Assembly: GCA_965116945.1 (NCBI GenBank)
Contig: OZ220734.1
Span: 158,980-222,979 of the forward strand
Source: Dehalococcoidia bacterium
GTDB taxonomy: Bacteria; Chloroflexota; Dehalococcoidia; Plut-88900
DNA length: 64,000 nt
Direction: 5' to 3'
Under the pieces are notes generated by a model. The model made no database searches, was not told where the DNA came from, and saw nothing but the letters and a program-made list of their open reading frames with translations. This document shows positions 27,301-35,298 of the stretch, piece by piece. The position numbers and the translations under genes are program-made. Every line of letters starts with the position of its first letter. The first letter of the stretch is position 1.

Positions 27301-29134
27301 CAACGGCGGCACGGTCTCGGATGAGTTCACGGTGACGGTGAAGGCCGCGCCGGTGGTGGCCGCGGCCCTCCCCGACCTGACCTCCACCAGGGTCGAGTCG
27401 CTCCAGGTATTCCTCTCCGGCGTCTTCAGCGACGCCGACAACGACGCCCTGACCATCACGGTGAGTTCGTCGGACACCGCGGTTGTCTACGCCGACGTGT
27501 GGCAGCCCGACCAGTCCGGCCTGACCCTGGGCGCAAGGGCCAGGGGAACGGCCACCATCACCGTCACCGCGCGGGACGCCGACGGCAACGCGGTCAGCGA
27601 CGACTTCACGGTGAAGTTGAAGGCCGCGCCGGTGGTGGCCTCGGCCATCGCCAACGTGAGCGGTCTGGACCCCGGGGCGACGCAGGACGTGTCCCTGTCC
27701 GGCGTATTCACCGACGCCGACGGCGACGCCATGACCATCACGGCCCGGTCCTCCGACACGGCCAGGGCCACGGTGACCGTCGCCTCCGACGGGTCCAAGC
27801 TGACCCTCACCGGCGTGGCCGCGGGTTCGTCGACCATCACCGTCACGGCGGAGGACGCCGACGGCAACACGGTCAGCGACGACTTCACGGTGACGGTCGG
27901 CAATGCCGACCCGCCGGAGCAGAACGACTACGCCGACCTCATCGCCAGGATGTACGAGTGGCGCAACGACCCGCAGTGGTCGAGCAACAAAGATCACACC
28001 GACCGCTGGGACCGGGCGCTGCTGGCCTTCGGCGAGACCGTCGCAGATGCCTCGCTGACGCCCATGACGGCGGCCGAGGCCCAGGGCTACGCCGACCGCG
28101 GCTGGCAGCGCTGGGTGGAGGTGGCCGAGGCGCTGAAGCAGATCGAGCAGGCGCAGGGGCAACAGCAGCAGCCGGCCAACAACGCTCCCACGGTGGCCGC
28201 CCCCATCGCCAACGCCACCATCGTCAACGCGAGCGGCACGAAGCAGGTCTCCCTGTCCGGCGTGTTCAGCGACGCCGACGGCGACAGCCTGACCATCACC
28301 GCCCGGTCCTCCGACACCGCCACGGCCACGGCCTCCGTGTCGGCCGACCAGTCCACGCTGACGGTGACCGCGAAGGCCCGTGGGACCGCCACCGTCACGG
28401 TGACGGCCAACGACGGCAACGGCGGCACCGTCGAGGATGAGTTCACGGTCACGGTGAAGGCCGCGCCGGTGGTGGCCTCGGCCATCGCCGACGTGACCGG
28501 CCTGGAGGCCGGGTCAACGCGGGACGTGTCCCTGTCCAGCGTCTTCAGCGACGCCGACGGCGACGCCCTGACCATCACGGCCCGGTCCTCCGACACGGCC
28601 AAGGCCACGGTGACCGTCGCCTCCGACGGGTCGAAGCTGACCCTCACCGGAGTGGCCGCGGGTTCGTCGACCGTCACGGTCACGGCCCGGGACGCCGACG
28701 GCAACACGGTCAGCGACGCCTTCGAGGTTGCGGTCGCCGCGGCCCAGCAGCAACAACAGCAGACGCCGCCGCCCGGCCAGGGACCGGAGCCGTGGGGCAT
28801 CACGATCGTGCCCGGCGACGGCACGCTGACCGTGACGTGGAACGTCTCTTCCCGCGATGGGTTCGATGACAGCGAGATACGCCACGCCCTGCGCTGGAGC
28901 CAGGAACCCGGGGTGTGGGCCAACCCGCGCTGCACTATCGGATTCGGCCCCAACGACGGTTTGTGCGTGGACGGCGGTGTGTACAGCTACACCATCACCG
29001 GCCTCAAGAACGGGGTGGCCACGGGTGTGTTCATCCGTTCCTTCACCGGCGACAGCTACTCGGAGCGCAGCCCGCACTCCAGCGAGTGGGTGCGGATCAA
29101 GGGCGACAACACCACGCCCAGGGCCCCGCAGTAG
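21338..29134 (+). CDS. Giant secreted repeat protein (2598 aa). It carries a signal peptide and ~14 propeller-type repeats, plus cadherin-like, Calx-beta-like, FN3 and Ig-like domains.
   Basis: Signal peptide MRLPALPRRFPLLLLAAALALLLALPAVHDAPTASA. Repeated DG(S/T)LDT.FG.GGKVTT.F....D.A.A.A.QSDGKIV.AGY units (delta-60-like). TDATLSALEV...TAYDAAL. EGDD...TV..GETS..I.I..VDDDEVE. Two FN3-like PEPW..K/TIVPGDGTLTVTW units. Five Ig-like units ending in TVTV. Confidence 0.85.
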   Translation: MRLPALPRRFPLLLLAAALALLLALPAVHDAPTASASHTDTVWSATLTLQDLSQVPLSGLGCATVTSGAAAYACSNESVLTDDDFTFLGEDWVFTQIAYQTDAVLLEFTENATADLGRLTLHVGSQQIPLAEHLILGTFIIDGTFPALNAGDTLDLKLTFEPDHAGDLDPDFGIGGKVTTAFDTVKGEIFDVAEQSDGKIVAVGYVDDELNTLVANDFAVARFNPDGSLDNTFGNGGWVTTDFPHGGSKAKNEARAVAVQSDGKIVVAGFTSGSGGNQDFALVRYTSTGTLDGNFGSFGKVTTSIGSSHDVATALALQSDGKIVAAGYATWADRNFAAVRYNADGTLDTTFDTDGKKSIDVAGAGHDDAANAVAIDGSNRIVLAGYANNGTNDDFAVLRLTTAGAADTSFSSNGQEITPIGSANDRANGLVLQSDGKIVVAGYSLGATHDAVAVARYTTAGYLDTSFSTDGKVTTSIGPATDRANAVALDGDGKIVVAGYSFSGGEDFAVARYTTAGALDTAFSSNSNGHVTTDFVNASDVARAVAVLSDGTILAAGYANNGSVNEFALARYTSIGIPHDDFGIGGKVTASFGGNADWAYAVAVQSDGKIVVAGEASNIAHLTRYNPDGSLDAGFGTGGRQSSGLSGSHAHAVAVQPDGKILVAGYAFDGLSSFTDDFLLARFTAAGALDTTFGTGGKVLTHFGSGDDRAHAMALLSDGKILVAGYASNGTDDDFALARYTSAGALDTTFGTGGKRVTDFHGNDDQAHAMAVQSDGKIVLAGYANSSTGEEFALARYTAAGDLDTDFGAAGTVTKSFSAQIYDRAQAVAVDGDGRIVAAGIVGNDSSGPFLLARFGSDGAPDGDFGAGGRVTTDFGGATLNRARSMALLADGKILVAGESGTSSVARFSLARYRANGTLDTGFGAAGNGKVTTPFGPHFDAASAMALQTDGKIVLAGQARIGGSQPKFRDFAVARYLGQGTYSTDATLSALEVTPSTDGSAFSGVAGLTPAFDPETTAYDAALAEGVTHVKIVPTTAHTAATVEVVVPNVSTETVASGSGSAAIAVAGVSAVEVRVTAEDGRTTMTYTLTFSGDTAGGPGEGPGGEATAPVRFGDAWWSATLTIRDLVGNGRLMGCSNVSRVAAGDRCNSPTTLTRNSFILGGVTHTVDGLFVDLGGAQPALTLVFDAETVPANLRHGAVLVFGVHAFRLADADLSSGTLKWSDIGISSVEYADDLVVEVSLRAAEPDAANWRPTLDVRQLEKGGQSWGCRNGVPAGDVYGGECSDPAILGGNTVSYTRIINGEAWTETYQVHELYTRPSGHYGGRTAYEMVLTMGTYPTPPSSFVLVVDGRRFWLKTAQREKNPDGSEGLTYRWPLDPRDTGLSYKSGPTQVRFAYPRTSLDSIRVHYDGSYETTGEFLSATLTAANHGFGQGLGGCSNSIASAACSSTSVLTDDEFTYQDVDYAITSLDVNSGILTIVLNKAIPAALKSALTLHVGSREFPLADATLGSNDTTLSWSNTGLSQWAVGDTVQLRLTGTERVLGADDFRSWAKPGVSAVYHPALIAVVPGHFPSRDPAKGIVTTTHVKFRAWAASPGSTMEIGKGTHDTGPATYTALADGELSEAIELDTATSYTHIYIRVTNGDQVAVHHVIVDPPPRTYKLAPEVRVAEGDDAAITLTLGSAAPAPGVTFDVTVDYVDGGATPEDVGAVPTTVTVPGGETSVQIVIPTVDDDEVEDLLEHEERFTVSVSHSGYPSWAEDPNATATAVVTIVDNDEPPDGPEPWNIKVVPGDGTLTVTWRVGNRPGVDDDDIRHALRWSQQSGVWNNPRDPRGIGPNDGVAAPVGATSYVITDLENGVPTGVFVRSFRGHPTNPDAYNISEGDRTSSEWVRTKGEHTTPRAPERPTGPVPPTVSAPIADAAIVNESGTHTVPLSGVFDDANGDALTLTAASSDTATATASVSADQSTLTVTAKARGTATVTVTADDGNGGTVSDEFTVTVKAAPVVAAALPDLTSTRVESLQVFLSGVFSDADNDALTITVSSSDTAVVYADVWQPDQSGLTLGARARGTATITVTARDADGNAVSDDFTVKLKAAPVVASAIANVSGLDPGATQDVSLSGVFTDADGDAMTITARSSDTARATVTVASDGSKLTLTGVAAGSSTITVTAEDADGNTVSDDFTVTVGNADPPEQNDYADLIARMYEWRNDPQWSSNKDHTDRWDRALLAFGETVADASLTPMTAAEAQGYADRGWQRWVEVAEALKQIEQAQGQQQQPANNAPTVAAPIANATIVNASGTKQVSLSGVFSDADGDSLTITARSSDTATATASVSADQSTLTVTAKARGTATVTVTANDGNGGTVEDEFTVTVKAAPVVASAIADVTGLEAGSTRDVSLSSVFSDADGDALTITARSSDTAKATVTVASDGSKLTLTGVAAGSSTVTVTARDADGNTVSDAFEVAVAAAQQQQQQTPPPGQGPEPWGITIVPGDGTLTVTWNVSSRDGFDDSEIRHALRWSQEPGVWANPRCTIGFGPNDGLCVDGGVYSYTITGLKNGVATGVFIRSFTGDSYSERSPHSSEWVRIKGDNTTPRAPQ

Positions 29135-29261
29135 CCCCGGGGAACAATCCCTGGCTCGCGAGGCACGGAGCAAGCGGGCGTCCGGCTGCGGTTGGGCGCC
29201 CGCATCGGCGGGAATTGCGCCCCGGCGCCGAGCGGCCCGAAACGCAAAAGAGGACGCGCAC

Positions 29262-29549
29262 ATGGCCGCCCAGGGAAGGCCATCCACTGGAAAGAAAGGA
29301 ATAACGCACCTGCTTCTGCTCGGCTTCGTACTTCACCCGGCGGCCTGCGGCCGCGAAGCGAATCCGCTGGCCGATACGGAGTGGCGGCTAACCGCGCTGG
29401 GCAATGCCGACGTTCACCCCGAAATGGTGGGGGACCAAGTAGCCACCGAGTTCTCCTCCATGGACATCAGGGGGAACGGGCCACAATTCTTACGAAGCGA
29501 GGTACCGCGTATGAAGGTCGGACCTGCGCCTGCCCTTTGCAGATCTTGA
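29262..29549 (+). CDS. Possible truncated META/HslJ-like lipoprotein fragment
   Basis: LLLLGFVLHPAACG lipobox-like, then NPLADTEWRLTALGNADV ... ATEFSS..DIRGNG resembles the start of a META domain but ends prematurely. It sits at the right edge of the high-GC block. Confidence 0.3.
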   Translation: MAAQGRPSTGKKGITHLLLLGFVLHPAACGREANPLADTEWRLTALGNADVHPEMVGDQVATEFSSMDIRGNGPQFLRSEVPRMKVGPAPALCRS

Positions 29550-29607
29550 TATCCATGTCTGTACACGTAAGCAAGCATGACTTTAGGAGCGCGACAGGAG
29601 GGCCTAC

Positions 29608-29949
29608 ATGGGCAATATCGAGACCATTAGATATCAAGGCACGGCGATTACTGTACAGTTGTGCGATGCCAACCCGGACGTATTCCGTTACAAGTTAGGT
29701 CGCAACGAGGACATGGACAATGCCGATGCGGTGCTGACTTTCGACCACAGTGCCGGAGCGGGCAATCGATGGATAGCTGTAGTGGGCGATCGCAACAAAG
29801 CGTTTCCGGGTTTGTTTGAAGCGGACGAGTATATCCTCAAATACCTCGTGACATTGATGGCACAACGCGCTGCAAAGGAGCAGCGCATCAAGGACATTTT
29901 GGATGAGGCTACGGATTACCTGGCTCGACGTGCTCGGATAAGGCCCTAA
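29608..29949 (+). CDS. Hypothetical protein (113 aa)
   Basis: An ORF with normal-looking composition. No recognisable motif. Confidence 0.4.
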   Translation: MGNIETIRYQGTAITVQLCDANPDVFRYKLGRNEDMDNADAVLTFDHSAGAGNRWIAVVGDRNKAFPGLFEADEYILKYLVTLMAQRAAKEQRIKDILDEATDYLARRARIRP

Positions 29950-30161
29950 CACGGAATGGGCGGCACAGGTCTTTAACTGGTGAAAGGAGTTGTGCCTTAG
30001 TGTCGAGTAAGACTGTACGAATGAGTAGTGTCGCACGAGCCTCAAGAAAGGGGCCCAAGCTCATGAGCAACAAGGCTCAGTTTCTATTGCTTGCGCTTCT
30101 ATTCATGAAGATGGCCGTCATCGTCGCCTCGGTCATCGTACTGTTCTTCTAGGAGGACCAC

Positions 30162-30466
30162 ATGCTCGAATGGTGGGGAGAACCCCGACGCCGCATAAAG
30201 ATCCCGAAGGAGTTCAAGCAAGATCTCTATGAGCAGCAAAAGGGCTGCTGCATGTATTGCGGCATCAAGCTGGGAATCGCTTATTTGAGGCCGACCATAA
30301 GACCCCATTCTCACGCGGTGGCCGCAATACCCGCGGTAATTTCCAGCTACTTTGCGGGCCCTGCAACAAGTCCAAGTCCAATCTGACCACCGCCGAGTTA
30401 AGGAATTTGTACGACTTAACAGGCCAAAGGGCCTCCGACTTGCGTCATGCCACGCAAGCACTTTGA
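30162..30466 (+). pseudogene. HNH endonuclease split by a frameshift
   Basis: ORF 30162..30386 gives QQKGCCMYCGIKL. ORF 30257..30466, in another frame, gives FEADHKTPFSRGGRNTRGNFQLLCGPCNKSKSN. Together they form one canonical CxxC...H..N...CxxC HNH motif, broken near 30285. Confidence 0.65.
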
Positions 30467-30630
30467 CCGGATAACGAAAGAGCTCAGGAGGGAAGCGGCA
30501 AGAGAACGACGAGCAATGAGGAGAGAAGAAGAGGAAGCCTTCTTCGATCTTTGGGTGTTGTGGTGAAAGGACGAGCCGAGAGGCTTACTCCCCAGGCGAA
30601 AGAACCGCAGTCCCTTGGTTTGCCAACGAC

Positions 30631-30804
30631 ATGGATCTTAAAGAACGGCTTGAACACGAACTGGATTTCACCAAGAGGAAGATGCATCCATGCAGGGTGA
30701 TTTTCACGGCATTGGGAACTATGGCCCTGGTGCTTTGTGCCATAGCAGGCATCGGCTGGGTCCTGGCCCAGTTGGTCAATGCTCTGGGGCTGAGAGGCTT
30801 CTGA
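30631..30804 (+). CDS. Possible small membrane protein (57 aa)
   Basis: Translated by hand: MDLKERLEHELDFTKRKMHPCRVIFTALGTMALVLCAIAGIGWVLAQLVNALGLRGF, with one clear TM helix. It falls below the ORF-track length cutoff. Confidence 0.3.
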   Translation: MDLKERLEHELDFTKRKMHPCRVIFTALGTMALVLCAIAGIGWVLAQLVNALGLRGF

Positions 30805-31078
30805 AGCTTTCCAAGTCACAATGTTGAGTGAAGGGAGAATTCACAAAGTATGGCCTTGTACTCGGTAAACGCAGATGTCCCCACCAGCCAAGTCATCCTG
30901 CACAGGTCGTATTGCCCTCACGGTAGTCCGGAAGACAAGATGGAACGAGACGGAGGCTGGCGGGAATTTCAGAGCAGGAGTGCGGCCCTCAACTGGATGA
31001 ACTCATGGCACACCACTAGCCGGCTGAACATCCACTTTTGTCACTATTGCACGCCTTTGGATTGACCCGGGAGGACTC

Positions 31079-31477
31079 GTGATCTCCAAACAGCAAATGG
31101 ACATGTCGCAGGGGATCGGCTTCATCAAGCGCATGCTCCCGACGAAGTTGCGAGGTTGGTGTAACGAGCCCGGCCTCTACGTGCAACTGAACGACTTTAG
31201 CGGTGGCACCCAGATGAAAGCGGGCGGCAAGTTTATCGCCAAGGTGCATCTGTGCTTGGAGTTCAATAGCCCCTCGTATCTAAATTGGGAATTGAAGAAA
31301 TACAAGCAAGGTGACTGGGAGGCTCTGATAGAGCCGACCTATCAGCTTACATGCTGGATTCATGATCGATATGAGAAGGGCCACATGGAGCTTCCGGAAG
31401 CGGGCCATAAACTACGTTGGGCTATTGTGGAGTTTCGGAGGACGGGCAACCTGGAACTTCCGGATTACCCGTGCTGA
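31079..31477 (+). CDS. Hypothetical protein (132 aa)
   Basis: ORF only. No motif recognised. Confidence 0.4.
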   Translation: MISKQQMDMSQGIGFIKRMLPTKLRGWCNEPGLYVQLNDFSGGTQMKAGGKFIAKVHLCLEFNSPSYLNWELKKYKQGDWEALIEPTYQLTCWIHDRYEKGHMELPEAGHKLRWAIVEFRRTGNLELPDYPC

Positions 31478-31512
31478 AATACTTGTTTTTGCGTCTGTAA
31501 TATCGAACGTTA

Positions 31513-31833
31513 TTGGGAGGGCAAGGCACCATGAACCACGTCAACACTTGGCTGCTGGGAATAATCCTGGTCTTGACTGCCGTTACCGCGGCTCTAGTTG
31601 TGGCACTGTTGACCATCGTCGTGTTCGGTGTGTGGGGACCCGGTGACACTAAGGTCTACTACTATGAGCAAGAACCCCCAGGCTACTACGATTATGCGCC
31701 GCTAGATGAGGATGGGTGGTCGCCATACTTCCATGACAACGACGCATCCCATCCCGCCTCACCCATGCCCTCGTCGGCAACAAACGAGGGGGGTTCGACA
31801 AGTTCGGAAGCCTCCAATCCGGGATCTCCGTAG
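31513..31833 (+). CDS. Hypothetical single-pass membrane protein
   Basis: TM segment WLLGIILVLTAVTAALVVALLTIVVFGVW, followed by an acidic/Tyr-rich tail. Confidence 0.4.
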   Translation: MGGQGTMNHVNTWLLGIILVLTAVTAALVVALLTIVVFGVWGPGDTKVYYYEQEPPGYYDYAPLDEDGWSPYFHDNDASHPASPMPSSATNEGGSTSSEASNPGSP

Positions 31834-32322
31834 CTATGGGACCACAACGCAAACGCTTCCTGGTGCAGGTCATCCGAGTTTCTGTGATGGTTGCGGTAGT
31901 TGTAGGAGTGCTGCTGTTTCTCTGGTTCAGCGAGGGCAGTTGCCACCACAGGTGAGGACGGAGGGTATTGGTTCAATAGTTCACTAAGAACGTGGGGGAT
32001 TTGGCCCCCCCGGGGACTACTAAGCCGACGGCCGCGGTCACCGATGCGTAACCGCAACAACTGTCGACGTTGGAGAAAAAGATGAATGGCGTATCGTTGT
32101 TGCCCCATTGCTACCTTGACAGTGCAGGGAGGGATAGGTGTGAAAAGGATGACAAGGTTGCACACGCGACCTCTGAAGCAGCAGAGGCGGCGTTGCTACA
32201 AAGGAGAGCCCACACAAGACAGCGCCTGAGGACCTACCAAGGCGATTGTGGTTACTGGCACATAACATCCAATGTATCGGAGTGAATCAACCAGACCCAG
32301 ACCCCACGCTCAGGGAGATTTC

Positions 32323-32745
32323 ATGGACGGCTTAAACCTCAAACGCATCGAATATCGGGAGCTGAACGGCAGGCAGAAGGAAACTTACAACTTCCAGAAA
32401 GTCGCGGCCATACTCGCTGACTACGGCTACAACTGCATAAAGCTGAACGACGACTGGATGGGCGCCGATTTCCTGGCATACCACAAGGACGGAGACAAAA
32501 CGCTCCGTGTCCAGCTCAAGAGTCGTCTGGTGATAAGCAAGAAATATCTAAGCAGAGACCTGTACATTTGCTTTCCAGGTGGAAACGACTGGTATCTAGT
32601 CCCTCACGACCGCTTGGTCGACATCGCCGGAGAGACGACCAGCTGGCTCAACTCACTTTCTTGGACCAAAGGGGAATACTCCAGTGCTAGGCCGTCACAG
32701 CGGATGTTGGAGGCCCTCAAGCGCTATAGAGTGTCCCAGGTCTAG
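32323..32745 (+). CDS. Hypothetical protein, possible PD-(D/E)xK nuclease fold
   Basis: WMGADFLAYH ... TLRVQLKSR fits a D...(E/Q)xK arrangement. ATG 32323 is preceded by GGGAG. Confidence 0.45.
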   Translation: MDGLNLKRIEYRELNGRQKETYNFQKVAAILADYGYNCIKLNDDWMGADFLAYHKDGDKTLRVQLKSRLVISKKYLSRDLYICFPGGNDWYLVPHDRLVDIAGETTSWLNSLSWTKGEYSSARPSQRMLEALKRYRVSQV

Positions 32746-32875
32746 GTACACAACGGGATTCTTTGACATTGGTGTTCGTTCGGCCTGTTCGCAGGGGCAC
32801 AGCGTATTGGGCCCGCGGCTTCAACAATTCCTTTCTAAGAATGCAGTCGAATATCCCCAGGAGGAAGCTAAGCAT

Positions 32876-34561
32876 ATGGCAACTAAATTGGGCCAGACCG
32901 AATCCAACCAGCAAATCTTCGACTCCTTCATTCGGTCCGTGCTTGACGACTGCGGAGTCCGCCGACTAGACCTGCCTACGGAAGACCTGCTCGACTCCAT
33001 CGAGAAAGACCAGGCGTCCATCGACGCCGTCCTTAACCTTATTGTGGTTGCCCATGCAATCTACTTGTTCAGCACAATCAGTACTCCAATCGACGACCCT
33101 ACCTGGACCAATGACCTGCACATGCAGCGCTCGAGGGTTGCCCGGGCCCTCGGCAAATGTCGTGAAATCTTAGGAAAGAGTCGAGTCAACTCCGAAAGGC
33201 GTAAGGACGATCCTGCATCCACGCGGAGTCACTGGTGGCATATCGTAGTCCCTATCGAGTACAAATTGCCGCCATGGGAGGAATTCAAGGATTCTGGGTT
33301 ATTAACTTCACCCAAAGTGGCTGAATGTCCTTTCTTGCGAGACCTCAGGCTGATGACACCCTGGCCGCCTGATTACCCCAGGTCCCTCGCGTTTGAACGT
33401 GATCTGGTCCAGTACGGCGAGTCCACTCCCCTGACATCATGGCACTACTTTGCCATAAATGACCGCATTAACGGCCTCGCAGATAGGATCGAACTTATCG
33501 AGTTTGATGAATGGATGACGGCGGTGGACGTTTGCTCGCAGCTGATTTGCCGCACTGAGCCGCTAAAAGCGGAATTTCGCGAAGCAATGCTTGAGCAATC
33601 GTGGTCCTATAGGTCCTCCGCAATCAGGGCAACTCCGACGTCCGCAGAGCATTGGTCCTGGCAATTCGGCAGGATTGCAGCGCTAGGTCTGATTCGAGAA
33701 AACACAGTAGGCATTACGCCTACTGAATATTTTGATTGGCATTGGCCGAATGGGCTGAAGGCTCTTTCCCTGATCTGCACTGCGCAGCAACCCTATGATG
33801 CCTTGGTTGAATCCTGCTGGCATGGCGTGCTTTTCTCCGAATCGAGTAGTAGTGCAGAGATGCACCTGGAGGGAGCTGCTCAAATTCCCTCCAGTCACCT
33901 TTATTGGTTGATGCGCCTTGGGTTCCTGGACGGAGTGAAGAGGATCGAAGGGCACAAAGTTGATGGCCCCGCACATTCTATGGAGCCGAGCCAGATGTCC
34001 ACTCTGCTGATCGGCAGCCCCCAAGAACTGGCCAGGGAACTCGTCGCAGCAGAGGAAGCCGCCAGGAAAGAGCGGGTGGCCCAAATCGAGAGCACATTGG
34101 CCGGCCATCTTGGTAAAGTGTGGGAACTCCTACCTGCCGATTCTCAACAGCAACTCAGTGAAGGCGAACTTAGGCGGCAGTGGCATAACGGAAAGGAGGC
34201 GAGTCTGTGTTACGCCAATGCCGTGGAGACCGCCCTCAGGGAGTGGCTGTCGAATCCGGAAGGTCGCCGAGACTGGCCTCGGGGCATTGGTGAATGGATG
34301 GATTGTATACGGAGGATGACTCTCCCGCGAGACAAGCGGCACAAGCTAGATCATGTTCTCAGGAGACGCTTTAATGCCGATTATGCAAAGGAACTGGCAA
34401 ATGCCCTGGACGTCTTTCAAAGAAGTCGCCTGCCTGGGGCCCACGGCCTGCCTCTTCCACCATTTACCGTGAAAGCCAGAGAAACGGCGCTTGGCAACGA
34501 ACAACGTTCCAGTGTCTTCGATCTGCTCCTAAGGTTTGCTAAACGTGTTCCCTCGCCATAG
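32876..34561 (+). CDS. Hypothetical Trp-rich protein (561 aa)
   Basis: A long ORF. ATG 32876 is preceded by AGGAGGAAG. No recognisable domain. Confidence 0.55.
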   Translation: MATKLGQTESNQQIFDSFIRSVLDDCGVRRLDLPTEDLLDSIEKDQASIDAVLNLIVVAHAIYLFSTISTPIDDPTWTNDLHMQRSRVARALGKCREILGKSRVNSERRKDDPASTRSHWWHIVVPIEYKLPPWEEFKDSGLLTSPKVAECPFLRDLRLMTPWPPDYPRSLAFERDLVQYGESTPLTSWHYFAINDRINGLADRIELIEFDEWMTAVDVCSQLICRTEPLKAEFREAMLEQSWSYRSSAIRATPTSAEHWSWQFGRIAALGLIRENTVGITPTEYFDWHWPNGLKALSLICTAQQPYDALVESCWHGVLFSESSSSAEMHLEGAAQIPSSHLYWLMRLGFLDGVKRIEGHKVDGPAHSMEPSQMSTLLIGSPQELARELVAAEEAARKERVAQIESTLAGHLGKVWELLPADSQQQLSEGELRRQWHNGKEASLCYANAVETALREWLSNPEGRRDWPRGIGEWMDCIRRMTLPRDKRHKLDHVLRRRFNADYAKELANALDVFQRSRLPGAHGLPLPPFTVKARETALGNEQRSSVFDLLLRFAKRVPSP

Positions 34562-34731
34562 TAAGCACCGTCTCCGAAAAACGTCAGGAAGGCAATCCTG
34601 AATCGTCCCGGGGGAAAGATGGGACCCACCGGGGAATTCCTGATCTTTGTGACGAGGGCGATTGTCAGTTCCGGTCCCATTCTCAAACACTTTGCACAGC
34701 TAAGTTCCAAAGGCACAGCGGGAGACTCACC

Positions 34732-35052
34732 ATGTCCAGCAAGCCAACCGACGGGGAGAATGAGACCGGGGAGGAACACGTGGAAAGCGGTCCAACCTGC
34801 ACCTGTGGGATCGCAATTCACTGCGCCCAAGTGATGTGTGTCGAGCGTGACTGCCCGTTCAAGTGTGGAGGGCAAACCATGAGGTACATCTATCGAGTTT
34901 TGAGGATTCCGAGTAATGTCACCGGCCTTGTGACAGATCAGGAGATAGAGAAGCAGTTGAACATTGCAGGAGAGGAAGGGTGGCGGCTTGTCGATAGCCG
35001 GAAAGCCCCCGGCGAGTATTCGGCCATCTTGGAGAAAGTCGAGCACGACTAA
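34732..35052 (+). CDS. Small protein with DUF4177-like C-terminus
   Basis: MRYIYRVLRIP...EIEKQLNIAGEEGWRLVDSRKAPGEYSAILEKV resembles the DUF4177 pattern. The N-terminus is Cys-rich. Confidence 0.4.
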   Translation: MSSKPTDGENETGEEHVESGPTCTCGIAIHCAQVMCVERDCPFKCGGQTMRYIYRVLRIPSNVTGLVTDQEIEKQLNIAGEEGWRLVDSRKAPGEYSAILEKVEHD

Positions 35053-35154
35053 GGGGTGGGCCGGTGCGACCGGATTGGGCCGATGCTGGATGATCTGACA
35101 CGACCCGACTCGCTAGATGGCTAGGTCTGATCAAACTTTGTGCCTCGATGATAG

Positions 35155-35298
35155 CCTTGATGTCTGGCGGACAAGCAGGCATCACAGGAGGCTGCAATAC
35201 GGCACCCTGCCCAGGACTATATCGGATGTGGTTTCGGCGGTGATTCATAGCTGAGAGACCGGCACCAGCGGCAAAAATGACTTGACTGCTTCCCAAGC
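35155..35298. repeat. Internal decayed att copy (P-arm-like sequence plus the first 13 nt of the tRNA-derived core)
   Basis: Aligns by eye with 60462-60628 apart from an 18-nt indel. Identity ends after ctgcttcccaagc (35286-35298). Confidence 0.7.

Noticed and set aside
29192-29698. 168-aa ORF and other frames immediately after the giant gene
   Set aside because: The translations are Arg/Gly/Pro-rich. Only the frame starting at ATG 29262 shows a lipobox and a META-like pattern, and even that is truncated.
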